A stretch of 64,000 bases of DNA from Zygnema circumcarinatum SAG 698-1b (taxonomy: Eukaryota; Plantae; Zygnematophyceae). The stretch lies in the NCBI GenBank assembly GCA_037447605.1, contig CM074823.1:1178001-1242000 (forward strand). Direction: 5' to 3'. Below are positions 11,285 to 21,035 of the stretch, one piece after another. The notes beneath the pieces are model-generated. The model was not told the origin of the DNA, did not search any database, and saw only the letters and a program-made list of their open reading frames with translations. A program made the translations under genes and the position numbers. Within the stretch, counting starts at the first letter, position 1. Each line of letters opens with the position of its first letter.

Positions 11285-13470
11285 AAGTGAGATGCACGAT
11301 CCCTCCATAGGGCCACATGGGTGTTGCCAAGACTCCGAGAGGCAAGATTCGTGAGTTCTCGGGTGGCCGACTCACGACGATGTATCGCATATGTGCTCAG
11401 CTCGGCCCAAATCTGGCCAACGGATAAGCCCCGCGATCGGGTGTATTCCTGCCAGCTTCAACTTCACTCACTCTTCTTTCCAGAAGTGGGAGAGCATCGG
11501 TATGGATCTGATCACAGATTTACCAGAAACCCCACGGGGTCACGATGCTATTATGGTGTTTGTAGACCGTCTCAGCAAAATGGTGCACTTTGCATCTACG
11601 CTGAAGTCCCACATGAAGAGGTGGCGCTACTTACGTGCTGGCCAAGGTGAGTTTGCATGGTTTTCTGCTAGTCCACCATTGTTTCTATTGCCAGGATCCT
11701 GATGCATCGTCACTTTTTGTGTTGGATGTGATAGGTACATCAAGGTGTTGGTACTTAGTTCCGGTAGTATGATGTTGTCCGACATCGTGGTGGTATAGGG
11801 ACAATGTTTCGTATGAACTACGTTTCAAAGTGAGGACCTAATACGGGGGTGCCCGACGATAGTGGCATGGTACGGCAGGTCTGGGGGAAGGTCTAGGGTC
11901 GTAGGAATTACGCTTAGGCTTAGACCGCATTCAAAGGGGTGCACGGAATGCTTGATCGGAGCCGCCGCATTGCACGCGCTACGATCAGACGCGACGACGC
12001 GAAACAAAATGGACGCTGAGATATTTGGCGCGAGAGGCGATCTCGCGACGGTTTACATGATTGGTCGCGCCCAGCTGCAGCAGATGGGGCTGACGCAGTC
12101 TTCGGCGTGACGTGACGCGTGGGAAGTCGGTTGAAGAGATTGAGACGCTTCTACGCGAATGAGGAGGTGGTGACGCGTATCGCTGGACCCTAAGGCGCGT
12201 CTTCCCGCGACTCGACGCAGGTCAACTGAGAAGGGGAACGTAGTCAGATCTTGACCGGAGGCTGACATGTACAGCCGGGCGGCGGACGGTATCGCCGGGC
12301 GGGCGGAACAAGACGGATCTACCTTATGTAGGCTCTGCCGGGCGTAGGGTTTACGGAAGTCGCCAGAGGCCGGCTGTTGAACGCCAAGAGGCCGCCGCTG
12401 AACGCTTGCTGGCCGCTGAATGCATGCCAGCAGGCGTACCGCGGACGCGGACATCGGGTGTCACAACACCGTCAGCCAGTTTAAGATTGGAGCAAGCTTG
12501 GCTCTCTCACTCACTCACTCTCTCTCTCAACGCGTGCCGCCGACCGCTGTCAGAAGGAAGAGTAGTAGAGGCCGAGGCTCTGCAGGAGTCCGCCTCAGGT
12601 ATGAAGGTCGTGAAGGAACTAGCTCTCACGCGCGTTTTAGTGAAGAAGCTAGATGGTGTGTCCCTGTGTGCTGAGGTAGCAGGAGGAGTTCATGGAGGCA
12701 GTAGTGCTTGGCTACCTAGCTGGGGTGTAGGCTATCATGAGAGGATAGGATGTTTATGAGAGGAGGAGAATCTAGCATAAGGGATCTATGTAGATTTCTC
12801 AAGAGCTTGTATTACACCTCATGAAGCTTAAGGAGTTTTAGGGCCGTGGGCTTTCTCCTTACTTTCATCAGACACTGGGTCATGTGAGTCCTCGTGGTTG
12901 GATTGACGTAGGATGAGTGGAGGCCACCATCAGATGGGCGTGTGTAAGCTGCCCACACCCAGGAGATCATTGAGGAGCCGTGGAGTTGAGGACGAGACCA
13001 TATGGGAGATGAAGAAGTGCACTTGTTGAGGCGTGGGTGTTTAGTTTCGGCCAGGCGCACTGCAAGAGAGGTGGACGAGAAGGCATATCGTGGCGGAAGC
13101 GGTATGTGGCCCAAGGTGAAGAAAAAGAAAAGTTTTGAGCTCTGATACCCAGGGCATGTGTTGCCCTTTCCTTGTGTCTTTCCTTTCTTGCTGCCCCTTG
13201 CACCAACATTTTGGACTGAAATTCTGAAAATCGTGGGCACCAAGCAAGCGCTCAGCACAGCTTTCCATCCGCAAACTGACGGCCAGACGGAGAGGGTCAA
13301 CCGCATTGTGGAGGATTTCCTGCGGCATTACGTGGGACCCACGCCGGATGAGTGGGATACCTTGCTCCCATTGGCGGAGTACGCCATCAACAATGCTCAT
13401 CAGGAATCAATCGGTACGACCCCCTTCTTTCTGAATTATGGTCAGCATCCTCTAAATCCCCTGCAGCCAA
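11285..13470 (+). pseudogene. Gypsy integrase split by a solo-LTR insertion (11285-11719 and 13209-13470)
   Basis: WESIGMDLITDLP...VFVDRLSKMVHF lies before the LTR. FWTEILKIVG...STAFHPQTDGQTERVNR...AEYAINNA...TPFFLNYG resumes immediately after it. Confidence 0.9.
11720..13208. mobile_element. Solo LTR (1489 bp)
   Basis: TGTTGG...CCAACA inverted termini with a perfect 5-bp TSD, TTTTG, at 11715-11719 and 13209-13213. The integrase continues on either side. Confidence 0.9.
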
Positions 13471-13536
13471 GGGATCAGCCGCCGTCCTCGTGGAATGAAG
13501 GCATCCACCGGGACGATGACCCTTGGNNNNNNNNNN

Positions 13537-13914
13537 CAAAAAGCTTGTATTACACTCTTGAAGATAAGGAGTTTTATAGCCGTGGGCTTTCTCCTTACTA
13601 CTGCATCATTTGTCATGTGAGTCCTCGTGTTGGATTGGCGTGGTGGATGAGTGGAGGCGACCATTGTATGGGCGGTGAGTTGCTCCACACAAGGAGATCA
13701 TTGGAGGAGCCGAGACCATGGAGGAGTTAAAGTGTTCTTGTAGGTGGCGCTTTTAGTTTTCCGCTGTGCGCACATGGCAAGGGGTGGATGGAAGGTCAGA
13801 TCGTGGAGGAAGCGGTATGTGGCCCAAGTGGAAGATGAAGAAAGCTTTTGAGCTTCATCCGGGCATGGATTTATCCCTTCCTTGAAGTCTGCCCTCTGGC
13901 CCCTTGCACCAACA
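13537..13914. mobile_element. Right-hand fragment of a related LTR
   Basis: Diverged match to 12805-13208, ending in the same CCCCTTGCACCAACA. Its left part is lost in the N gap at 13527-13536. Confidence 0.8.
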
Positions 13915-14640
13915 TGATCAGGAACCACGAGGGACTGGTCGCAAATGGCCTAAGCACAAAAGAAAAAAGCTAGTGAATCGTTCTTGTCATTGATGATGCT
14001 TTAATTATTCAGGTTAAATCTGGTCAAGCATATCGTCATCAATGCCATCACCCGAGCGTTCACCGACGAGTGCACTATCATGCATGCATGAGGTTTGGAT
14101 CGTCCAACAACCCATCGAAGTCCATGGAGCTAAAAAAACAGTTCAAAGTCTTCATAGTCATGGGCGTCGTTGCCATCAGCTCCTTGTTCAAACCCTCGTC
14201 TTAAGGCACCCACTTACTAAACACTCAACACGTGTGACTTGGTCCGTAGAATTCCGTACACCATATCCGTACGACTCTACGTCCGATTGTACGGATTGCG
14301 TGTATAATACGGTACAGTGTAGCGTAACGGAGCTCTGTTCGACGGATCTGCGTCAGTTCAATCGTACTTGACATATGCCTCTTCCGTGTCACGGATCAGC
14401 GGAATCCAGGAGCTGCCAACGGAAAATGCAAAAAGGCGGCGCCAGGTGTTGGCGGCCCACGGGACGGCACACCATCCAGCTAGGCGCACTCGGAAGCGCC
14501 GCAAAATGCCGCCGATTGTCATCAGCTGACCTATCCGAAGGCTNNNNNNNNNNAGTTTCAGCACGGACGCGCGAGTGGCCGTACAGCACCTGCAACTAGC
14601 TCAGCAGTCTTCTCTTAACCCCACTTATCTTGTGCTACAA

Positions 14641-15151
14641 CAGTCTGGGGTCCTCATATTTACCGCCCTGAGGACTGCGTCCCCAAGAATTTCGCCCCGA
14701 TTTTGCCGAAACCACCTTTTTGTACGGTAACTTACTGTCCGTATTATTCGTACTGTCTGTATTATTCGTACTGGATGTACTAGGCGTACAAGCTGTAATA
14801 GCCGTTACGGGCTTACGCAAAACTCACCTAATCTCCCCGCACGTGCCGCCGTAAGAGGCGCTCGCTCTTCTCCCCTTCTTCTTGGCTTCGATACGATACG
14901 ATATGATACGGTACGATATGGTACGATACGAAACGCCCCGATACGGTACTATCCGTACTAGCCGTACGATTTGTAATTGACGATACAGTACGATACGGTA
15001 CGATATATTACGGTACGATACGTACGGTCTAACATGAACTCTAACATAATACCGCCCGTCTATTGGTAACACGAACCTTATATATAGAAAATCAATATTT
15101 TCGCCTCATATTGGCCAAAACCAGGGTGGAAAATATGAGGACCCCTGACTG
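14641..15151. mobile_element. Tc1/mariner-like MITE copy 2 (511 bp)
   Basis: 30-bp TIRs (27/30 identical), CAGTC(T/A)GGGGTCCTCATATTT(A/T)CC(G/A)CCCTG. TA follows the right end and AA precedes the left end. Confidence 0.8.
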
Positions 15152-15173
15152 TATTGAACCATCCTGAATAATA

Positions 15174-15329
15174 GGGGGTGTCAGACTTAAAAAATTTCAG
15201 TACGCGTGTTCGTAAGTTTGACATCAGAACGAGTACTCCAGTATGATAGCGATCCTCCTGCGGCGGAGTACTTTCGTAACCTTTTTTTCGTAACGCTTTT
15301 CGTAAGATTTTGTTAAGTCTGACACCCCC
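15174..15329. mobile_element. Short MITE (156 bp) with GGGGGTGTCAGACTTAA TIRs
   Basis: TIR GGGGGTGTCAGACTTAA(A/C)AAAAT, with TAATA on both flanks. Same family as 42908-43484. Confidence 0.8.
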
Positions 15330-15456
15330 TAATATGTACGGATTTGTGTATTTCAATCTCTCAGAAATAGTTACGGAACGGTCTTCCACCGTCGATTCGA
15401 AATCGGACAGCTCTCCGCATTGAACGGTCAAAACCAATCAGGATTTAGTATTTATA

Positions 15457-16016
15457 CACGTGGTGAACTCCCAATGGCGGTTGAGTAACAACATGCACAC
15501 GTGGCCGACGTTTATTGGTGCATGCTGAGTCAAATGTCCCCAGTTCCGCCAGTTCGGTCAAGCTGCCAGGAATCCCTCGAGACCGGATTTTGGCCCTACG
15601 GGAAACTTTCAGTCAATCAGAGGATGCCACGTCAGTGTAAAACACGACAAAGATCGCCGCAGATAAGGACCAGATGTGACTTTTTGTCTTCTAGTCGGGA
15701 CGGCATCAGTAACATTCCGACACGTGGTGATTGGAGACATTGCCGAAAAGCCTCAACCAATCAGAGGGCAGGCTCGCCCTGACCGAATCTAATGGTCAGC
15801 AGAGACAAAAATTCGTATGGTCGAGAACCAGTAAAAACAAAACATCACCGAATCAAAAACTGACACGTGCTCAACAAAGACAACAAACATCCAGATCCTA
15901 GATCTGACAGCCTTTGATAAGTCAGATTCTGTGCGGTGATTTTTGGACAGGTTCGAAGTCCGTACGGACTTTCAGAAGTACGATCCGTAGAAGCGCTTGC
16001 TTTCCTGCCACGTGGC
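15457..16016. promoter_or_regulatory. G-box/ABRE-like cluster upstream of expansin 1
   Basis: CACGTG at 15457, 15498, 15721, 15864 and 16009 (the last within GCCACGTGGC), CCACGTCA near 15627, and several CCAAT. Function is inferred only. Confidence 0.4.
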
Positions 16017-16431
16017 CAGCATACTGCCAAAAAGTTACCTCGTGGCACACTTTCTTTGGTACACCTCCTGCAGCGAATTACGAGACCGCCAGCAAGAATT
16101 CGTTCAAGCACACTCTTGAAACCGTACTTTGCACCAGCTTATGAATATACTGAATTTCATGATTGAGTGCTAACTCTTTGTTCTGTAGCTGAAATCGGTT
16201 CTTGCGCTTCGGCCCCCGGCTGGACGGCGCCACTTGGGTCNNNNNNNNNNAATGAAACGAAAGGCCGCCGATGAAGCAGAGCATTGCAGAGGCTTGTAAG
16301 CGTTGGACGGAGAGAGAGAGCGAGAGAGAGAGAGAGAGAAGGAGAGGAAGAGGGAGAGGGAGAGAGAGAAACTGAGAAAGAGACAGATAGAGAGAGAGAG
16401 GGAGCTCATTCTTCTACGCAGCGCGGCAGCC

Positions 16432-17274
16432 ATGGCTTCAACCAACCGCTTCTCCCTCCTCCCCGTCCTCCTCCTCCTCCCTCTCCTCTCCTCTGCGGCG
16501 ACCCCTCCTCCCTGCTCTCCTCCCGCCCGCTCTCCCCCTCCCCCTCCGCCTCCCTCCCCCCCTCCCCCCCCCCCTCCCTCTTCCTCCGCCGTTCCATGGA
16601 CCGAAATGACCGCTTCGTACTACGGCGGCCCAACGGCGGACGGCGCCAACAACGGCGCATGTGGCTACGGAAACGCGAACCAGAACGGTTACGGAGTCAC
16701 CACGGCCTCAGCTTCGGGCCAACTTTACGGAAACGGAGCCGCATGTGGCTCCTGCTACGAGGTCCAATGCGTGCCTTCCAAGTCCAAGTTCTGCCTCCCT
16801 TCAACCCCCACCATCAATATCACGGTCACGAACCTATGCCCTACGGGCTACGAGGGCCTCTGCGACTTCCCCAAGCTGCACCTCTCGCTGACCCAACCCA
16901 TGTTCTCTACCATTGGCCAAATTGTGGGGGGGGTGATCCCCATTAGGGCGAGGAGGATTGCCTGCGTTAAGAAGGGGGGGATCGCCTTCACCATAATGTG
17001 GGGCAGCTACGACTCCTTCTTGTTGGTGCTCGTGTCCAATGTCGGCGCGGGGGGGGACGTGGCGGCCGTGGATGTCAAGTTCGATAGCGGGGCGTGGGAG
17101 GCCATGTATCGGAACTACGGGTCGGTATGGTCGGTATCGGGCGGCCGATATTTGAACAAGGCGATGTCGTTCCGCGTGCGGCTCTTCAAGGCGGGGACGG
17201 AAGTGACGGCGAACAGTGTGGTGCCGAAGACGTGGACGTTCGGGGGGAAGTACGTCTCCACGGTCAACTTTTGA
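16432..17274 (+). CDS. EXP: Expansin-family protein (EXPA-like), intronless, 280 aa, with signal peptide and extensin-like Ser-Pro7 linker
   Basis: Signal-peptide-like N-terminus MASTNRFSLLPVLLLLPLLSSA. DPBB domain motifs ASYYGG, GACGYG, CGSCYEVQC and TNLCP. C-terminal domain motifs LVSNVGAGGDV, W..MYRNYGSVW and VVPKTW. ATG in GCCATGG context. Confidence 0.93.
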   Translation: MASTNRFSLLPVLLLLPLLSSAATPPPCSPPARSPPPPPPPSPPPPPPPSSSAVPWTEMTASYYGGPTADGANNGACGYGNANQNGYGVTTASASGQLYGNGAACGSCYEVQCVPSKSKFCLPSTPTINITVTNLCPTGYEGLCDFPKLHLSLTQPMFSTIGQIVGGVIPIRARRIACVKKGGIAFTIMWGSYDSFLLVLVSNVGAGGDVAAVDVKFDSGAWEAMYRNYGSVWSVSGGRYLNKAMSFRVRLFKAGTEVTANSVVPKTWTFGGKYVSTVNF

Positions 17275-17278
17275 GAGG

Positions 17279-17315
<37 letters not shown>

Positions 17316-17850
17316 AGAGGATGGGAGAGGGACACAGAGAGAGAGAGAGAGAGAGAGGATGGGAGAGGGACAGAGAAAGAGAGAGGATGGGAGAGGGACA
17401 GAGAAGGAGTGGGAGAGAGGAGGAGAGCAGAGGGAGGGAGGGACAATGAGGGAGGATGGGAGAAGGAGAGAGGGAGGGTAGGGGAAGGAGTGAAGAGGAG
17501 AACAGAGGCAGAGAGGGAGAGACGGAGGGAGGGAGGGATAGGGATTGGCTTGCTGTGAAAGGTGCACTGCTCGTGCACATAGGGGAGTGAGAGTCTTTTT
17601 TCTTTTTTTTGGTGGGAGGGAGGGAGAGCGATTGTCGGTAGGGGTAGAGGGAGAGAGAGGGGAGGAGGAGAGGAGGAGGGAATAAAGTACTCCGCGCTCT
17701 CAGAGAGCCGTCAAGGGCCTTTCAGCCCTAATTCCGTGTGACGGTTTTTTATTTCAATCATATAAACAGTTGGCAAGACCTTGTGTGTTGTGTCCTTGTT
17801 GTTGGGAATGTGTGATATTGAGAAGTCTTTGGGGTTTTTCGCTTTCACAT

Positions 17851-17934
17851 GACCTGCATTGACCTGTGTTGACCTGCATTGACCTGCATTGACCTGCGTT
17901 GACCTTCGTTGACCTTTGTTGACCTGTGTTGACT
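17851..17934 (+). repeat. 10-bp minisatellite (GACCTGYRTT)n forming 8 W-box (TTGACY) motifs
   Basis: TTGACC at 17859, 17869, 17879, 17889, 17899, 17909 and 17919; TTGACT at 17929. Confidence 0.85.
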
Positions 17935-18669
17935 TTCAAAAGCCTCCAGGAGTTAGAGTTGATGTTTTTGGGCTGTTCCTTTTTGTTCTTCCTTTCCGTG
18001 GCTCATTTCTCTGTCATCAAAGTTTCAAATTTTCAGAGCAGAGAGGGAGAAAAGGAGAGGAAGAAGAGAGGAAGGGAGAGTGGGGAGAGAGAGAGATATG
18101 GAGAGGGTGGGGGGGAGAGAGAGATGAAAGAGAGGGTGAGAGTGGGAAGGAGACAGAGGAATATGAGGGAGAGAGGGTGGAGAGGGAGAGGAAGAGAGAG
18201 AGCAAGAGAGAGAGGGGAGAGAGAGAGATGGGGAGAGGGTGGGAGGGAAGGAGGGAGAGAGGAAGCAGAGGGAGCGAGGGGAAGGAGAGAGGGAGGGAGG
18301 GAGTGTGAGAGAGAGAGAGGACGAAACGAGCGTTGGAAGAAAAGAGCTGTAACCGAGGAAGAGTGTGAGCAACGAGGGAGTGAGAGAGAGAGAGACAGGA
18401 GAGAGCGAAGATATCCTTGGTTCCTCGGATCCTTGGCAGTCACGTGGCGTTTCGTGATTGGTTTGTAAAATATTTCTAGCCACGTCAGTACCACGTCAGC
18501 AGAACGCGCCCTCATGGAACCTGGCGAAACACTGAACAGGACGGCGAACCTGTCCATGGAACATGCCCTGTGATTGGTCATCTTCTGACATGGTGATGAT
18601 CTGGCCTTCCGTGATTGGACAATAGCTTTTGCCACGTGCGCCAAATGTCGTTTGTACATAGTGCATATT

Positions 18670-19430
18670 TATATGGAATTACTATTTTCACACCTTTTTT
18701 GTCGAGATACACACCTTTTTTTTTCTTAAATTGCCCTCCATACCCTTAAAACCCTCAAGTAAAATCTGACCGGCGAAAAGTTGTGTATCTAGACAAAAAG
18801 GTGTGTATATAGCATTTTCCTATACGTAGTTTCGGTAGTTTGGTTATCTAAAACTAGGGGCCGATTTACACACCTTTTTGGCTAGATACACACCTTTTTT
18901 CGTATTGTCAAATTCTTTTTTAGAGCCTTACGAGGTTTTGGCTTATTTTTTAAAAGGTGTTTATCTAGCCAAAAAAGGTGTGTAAATTGAAAGTCCCTTC
19001 TTGAATGCCTTCCAATTTCTTGCTACATGCACATTGACAACCGCGTGGTTCGCGCACAGCTGTATTTTTGTACATAGAAAGTGTGTTTGGAATCCTGAAT
19101 TTAACAACGACAGCTGAAGCGCCTCAATGGAACTGCGTATAGAGCCGTTCAAACGAACGTTAACTGCCACATAGATCCTCCACCGGCATTGCCCAGTTGT
19201 TTGGCCACTTGCCTCTTGAATAATAATCTTGTCGTTTTCTGGTTCTCTCGCAGCCAAATCACAGGCCGTGCATGGTCCCTCTGTCAGGTGGCAGTCCAGC
19301 CGCCAGCTCAGCTAAACCTCCCACTCCTAATCGAACACGTGTGCATATCTTAGACGTATGCAATCGTAGGACGTCACGTGTATGACATGTCACCTATTTT
19401 TTTGTCGCCATGTCCGTCAATTGTCACGAC
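18670..19430. mobile_element. Hairpin-module repeat element, copy 1
   Basis: Two inverted-repeat pairs of CACACCTTTTT(G)NCTAGATACACACCTTTT modules (18675-18820 and 18862-18990), followed by a ~400-bp core shared with copy 2. Confidence 0.55.
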
Positions 19431-19819
19431 ATTAAACGCACACGTGACAGATGGTGATTCGTCAGGCTTGCAATGTACGGTATTTCGCTTTTCCTTGCGG
19501 CTATGACCGTACGACATTTGTACGGACCTTTGAGCCGGCTTGGGTTGGACACGTGGGCACGTGCCATTCGCTGGGACCGAGCCCGGCTGTAGATCGAACG
19601 GTGATCTGCCGTGGTGCGATCTGCTAGGGAATTGACGGCGTAGATTGAACGCACGTGAGAAGGACGGACACCCGCGAACGATCTCGTGGCGGAACGGATC
19701 TTCCGCACCGAGCGGTTTGTGCAATTCAGTCTGCCCGCCGGAACAAGGTGTGTATCGATTCCAAAGAGGACCTCATTTTTCGTTTTTAATCCTTATTTTT
19801 CTAGAATAGAACCTGCACG

Positions 19820-20610
19820 GTGCGAAAAAAAGGTGTGTGTGTAGACAAAAACGGTGTGAATATAGCATTTTCCATTTGGAAATACTATTCACACACACCT
19901 TTTTTTTAAAAGCCCCATACCCTACTAACCCTGCAGTAAAATCTGACCAGCGAAAAAAGGTGTGTTTCTAGACAAAAAGGTGTGAAAGTAGCATTTTCCT
20001 GATACATCCGGTAGTTTGGGTTTTCTTAAACTAGGGGTCGATTTGCACATCTTTTTTGGATAGATTCACACCTTCTTTCGTCGGTCAGATTTTACTGTAG
20101 GGTTTTGGGAGGTTTTGGGCTACTTTTTTTAAAAGTATGTATCTACCCAGAAAAGGTGCGTAAATTGTAATTCCCATTCTTCAAGGGCCCAAGGCCTTCA
20201 AAGTTCTCGCTACATACACAGCGACAACGCTGTGGTTAGAGCACAGCTGTTTTATACATAGAAAGGGTGTTTGGAACCCTGAACTCAACAGCGGCAGTTG
20301 AACTGCCCCAACGGGACTGCACATAGATCTGTTATGATGAACGGTGCTTCTCACATACAACCTCCGCCGCCATTTCCCAGTTGTAGGCCACGTGCCTCCT
20401 GATCTGATACTGTCGTTTTCTGATTCTCTCGCAGCCAATCACAGGCCGTGCATGCTCCCTGTGCCAACTGGCAGTGCAGCCACCAGCTCAGCAACACGAC
20501 CCAATCCTGATCGACCACGTGTATAACTCTTACCAATATCTAATCATCGGACGCCACGTGTATTACACGTCACCTATTTTTGTCGTCATACACAATGGAA
20601 CGCCCCTAGG
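19820..20610. mobile_element. Hairpin-module repeat element, copy 2
   Basis: Diverged direct copy of 18670-19430 with an extra module arm at 19825-19870. The core end (20425-20480) matches the reverse complement of 2670-2722. Confidence 0.55.
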
Positions 20611-20974
20611 TCCGACCTGTCGGGTATTTCGCGGCATCTTCCTTCGGGACCCGCCCTGATGCGCGCTTTCATTGGTCCATTGATGTTGACGTGGCATCAT
20701 GCGATTGGCTTATGTGGGATTGGAAGATGTTTCGACGGGCGGCAGTCAGTTCAGAATCGGTAGTTATCAGTTCGTAGGGAGAGGCCTAAATTATGACACG
20801 AGTCGTTACATTGGAGTACGAGATCTATGTTGGGTCATCATTCGTGCGTCCAGCGTGGCGAGTAAAGCCGGAAGTGCTGGTACGAGGTAGAGAGGGAGAG
20901 AGGGAGAGAGGGGGAGAGTGACGAGTGCGAGAGATATAGAGAGAGAGCGAGAGGGAGAGAGATAGAGAGAGAGG

Positions 20975-21009
<35 letters not shown>

Positions 21010-21035
21010 TGAGAGAAAACGTACGAGACTTCACC

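Larger units (their letters stand above)
6560..13526 (+). mobile_element. Decayed Ty3/Gypsy LTR retrotransposon internal region
   Basis: gag-like start MVTTR (7055), CCHC remnant (~8480), protease-end motif GIDLILGSHWL (~9325), RT (LPFGLTNAPATFQ, YLDD), RNase H remnants (~10820-10960) and integrase zinc-finger and core. Many frameshifts and stops. The right boundary falls in an N gap. Confidence 0.85.

Noticed and set aside
13138-13150. Reverse-complement tRNA-Met primer-binding-like motif GGTATCAGAGCTC
   Set aside because: It lies inside the TSD-bounded LTR about 58 bp from its end, lacks the initial T, and is absent from the related LTR fragment at 13537-13914.
15945-15962. tRNA/SINE B-box-like GGTTCGAAGTCC
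   Set aside because: Spacing deviates from GGTTCGANTCC, and there is no A-box or cloverleaf nearby.
18961-20438. Pair of homologous small ORFs (18961-19257 and 20181-20438, minus strand) as a new gene family
   Set aside because: They start at TTG, differ by frameshifting indels, have no recognisable motif and lie in duplicated repeat copies, so the similarity is explained at DNA level.
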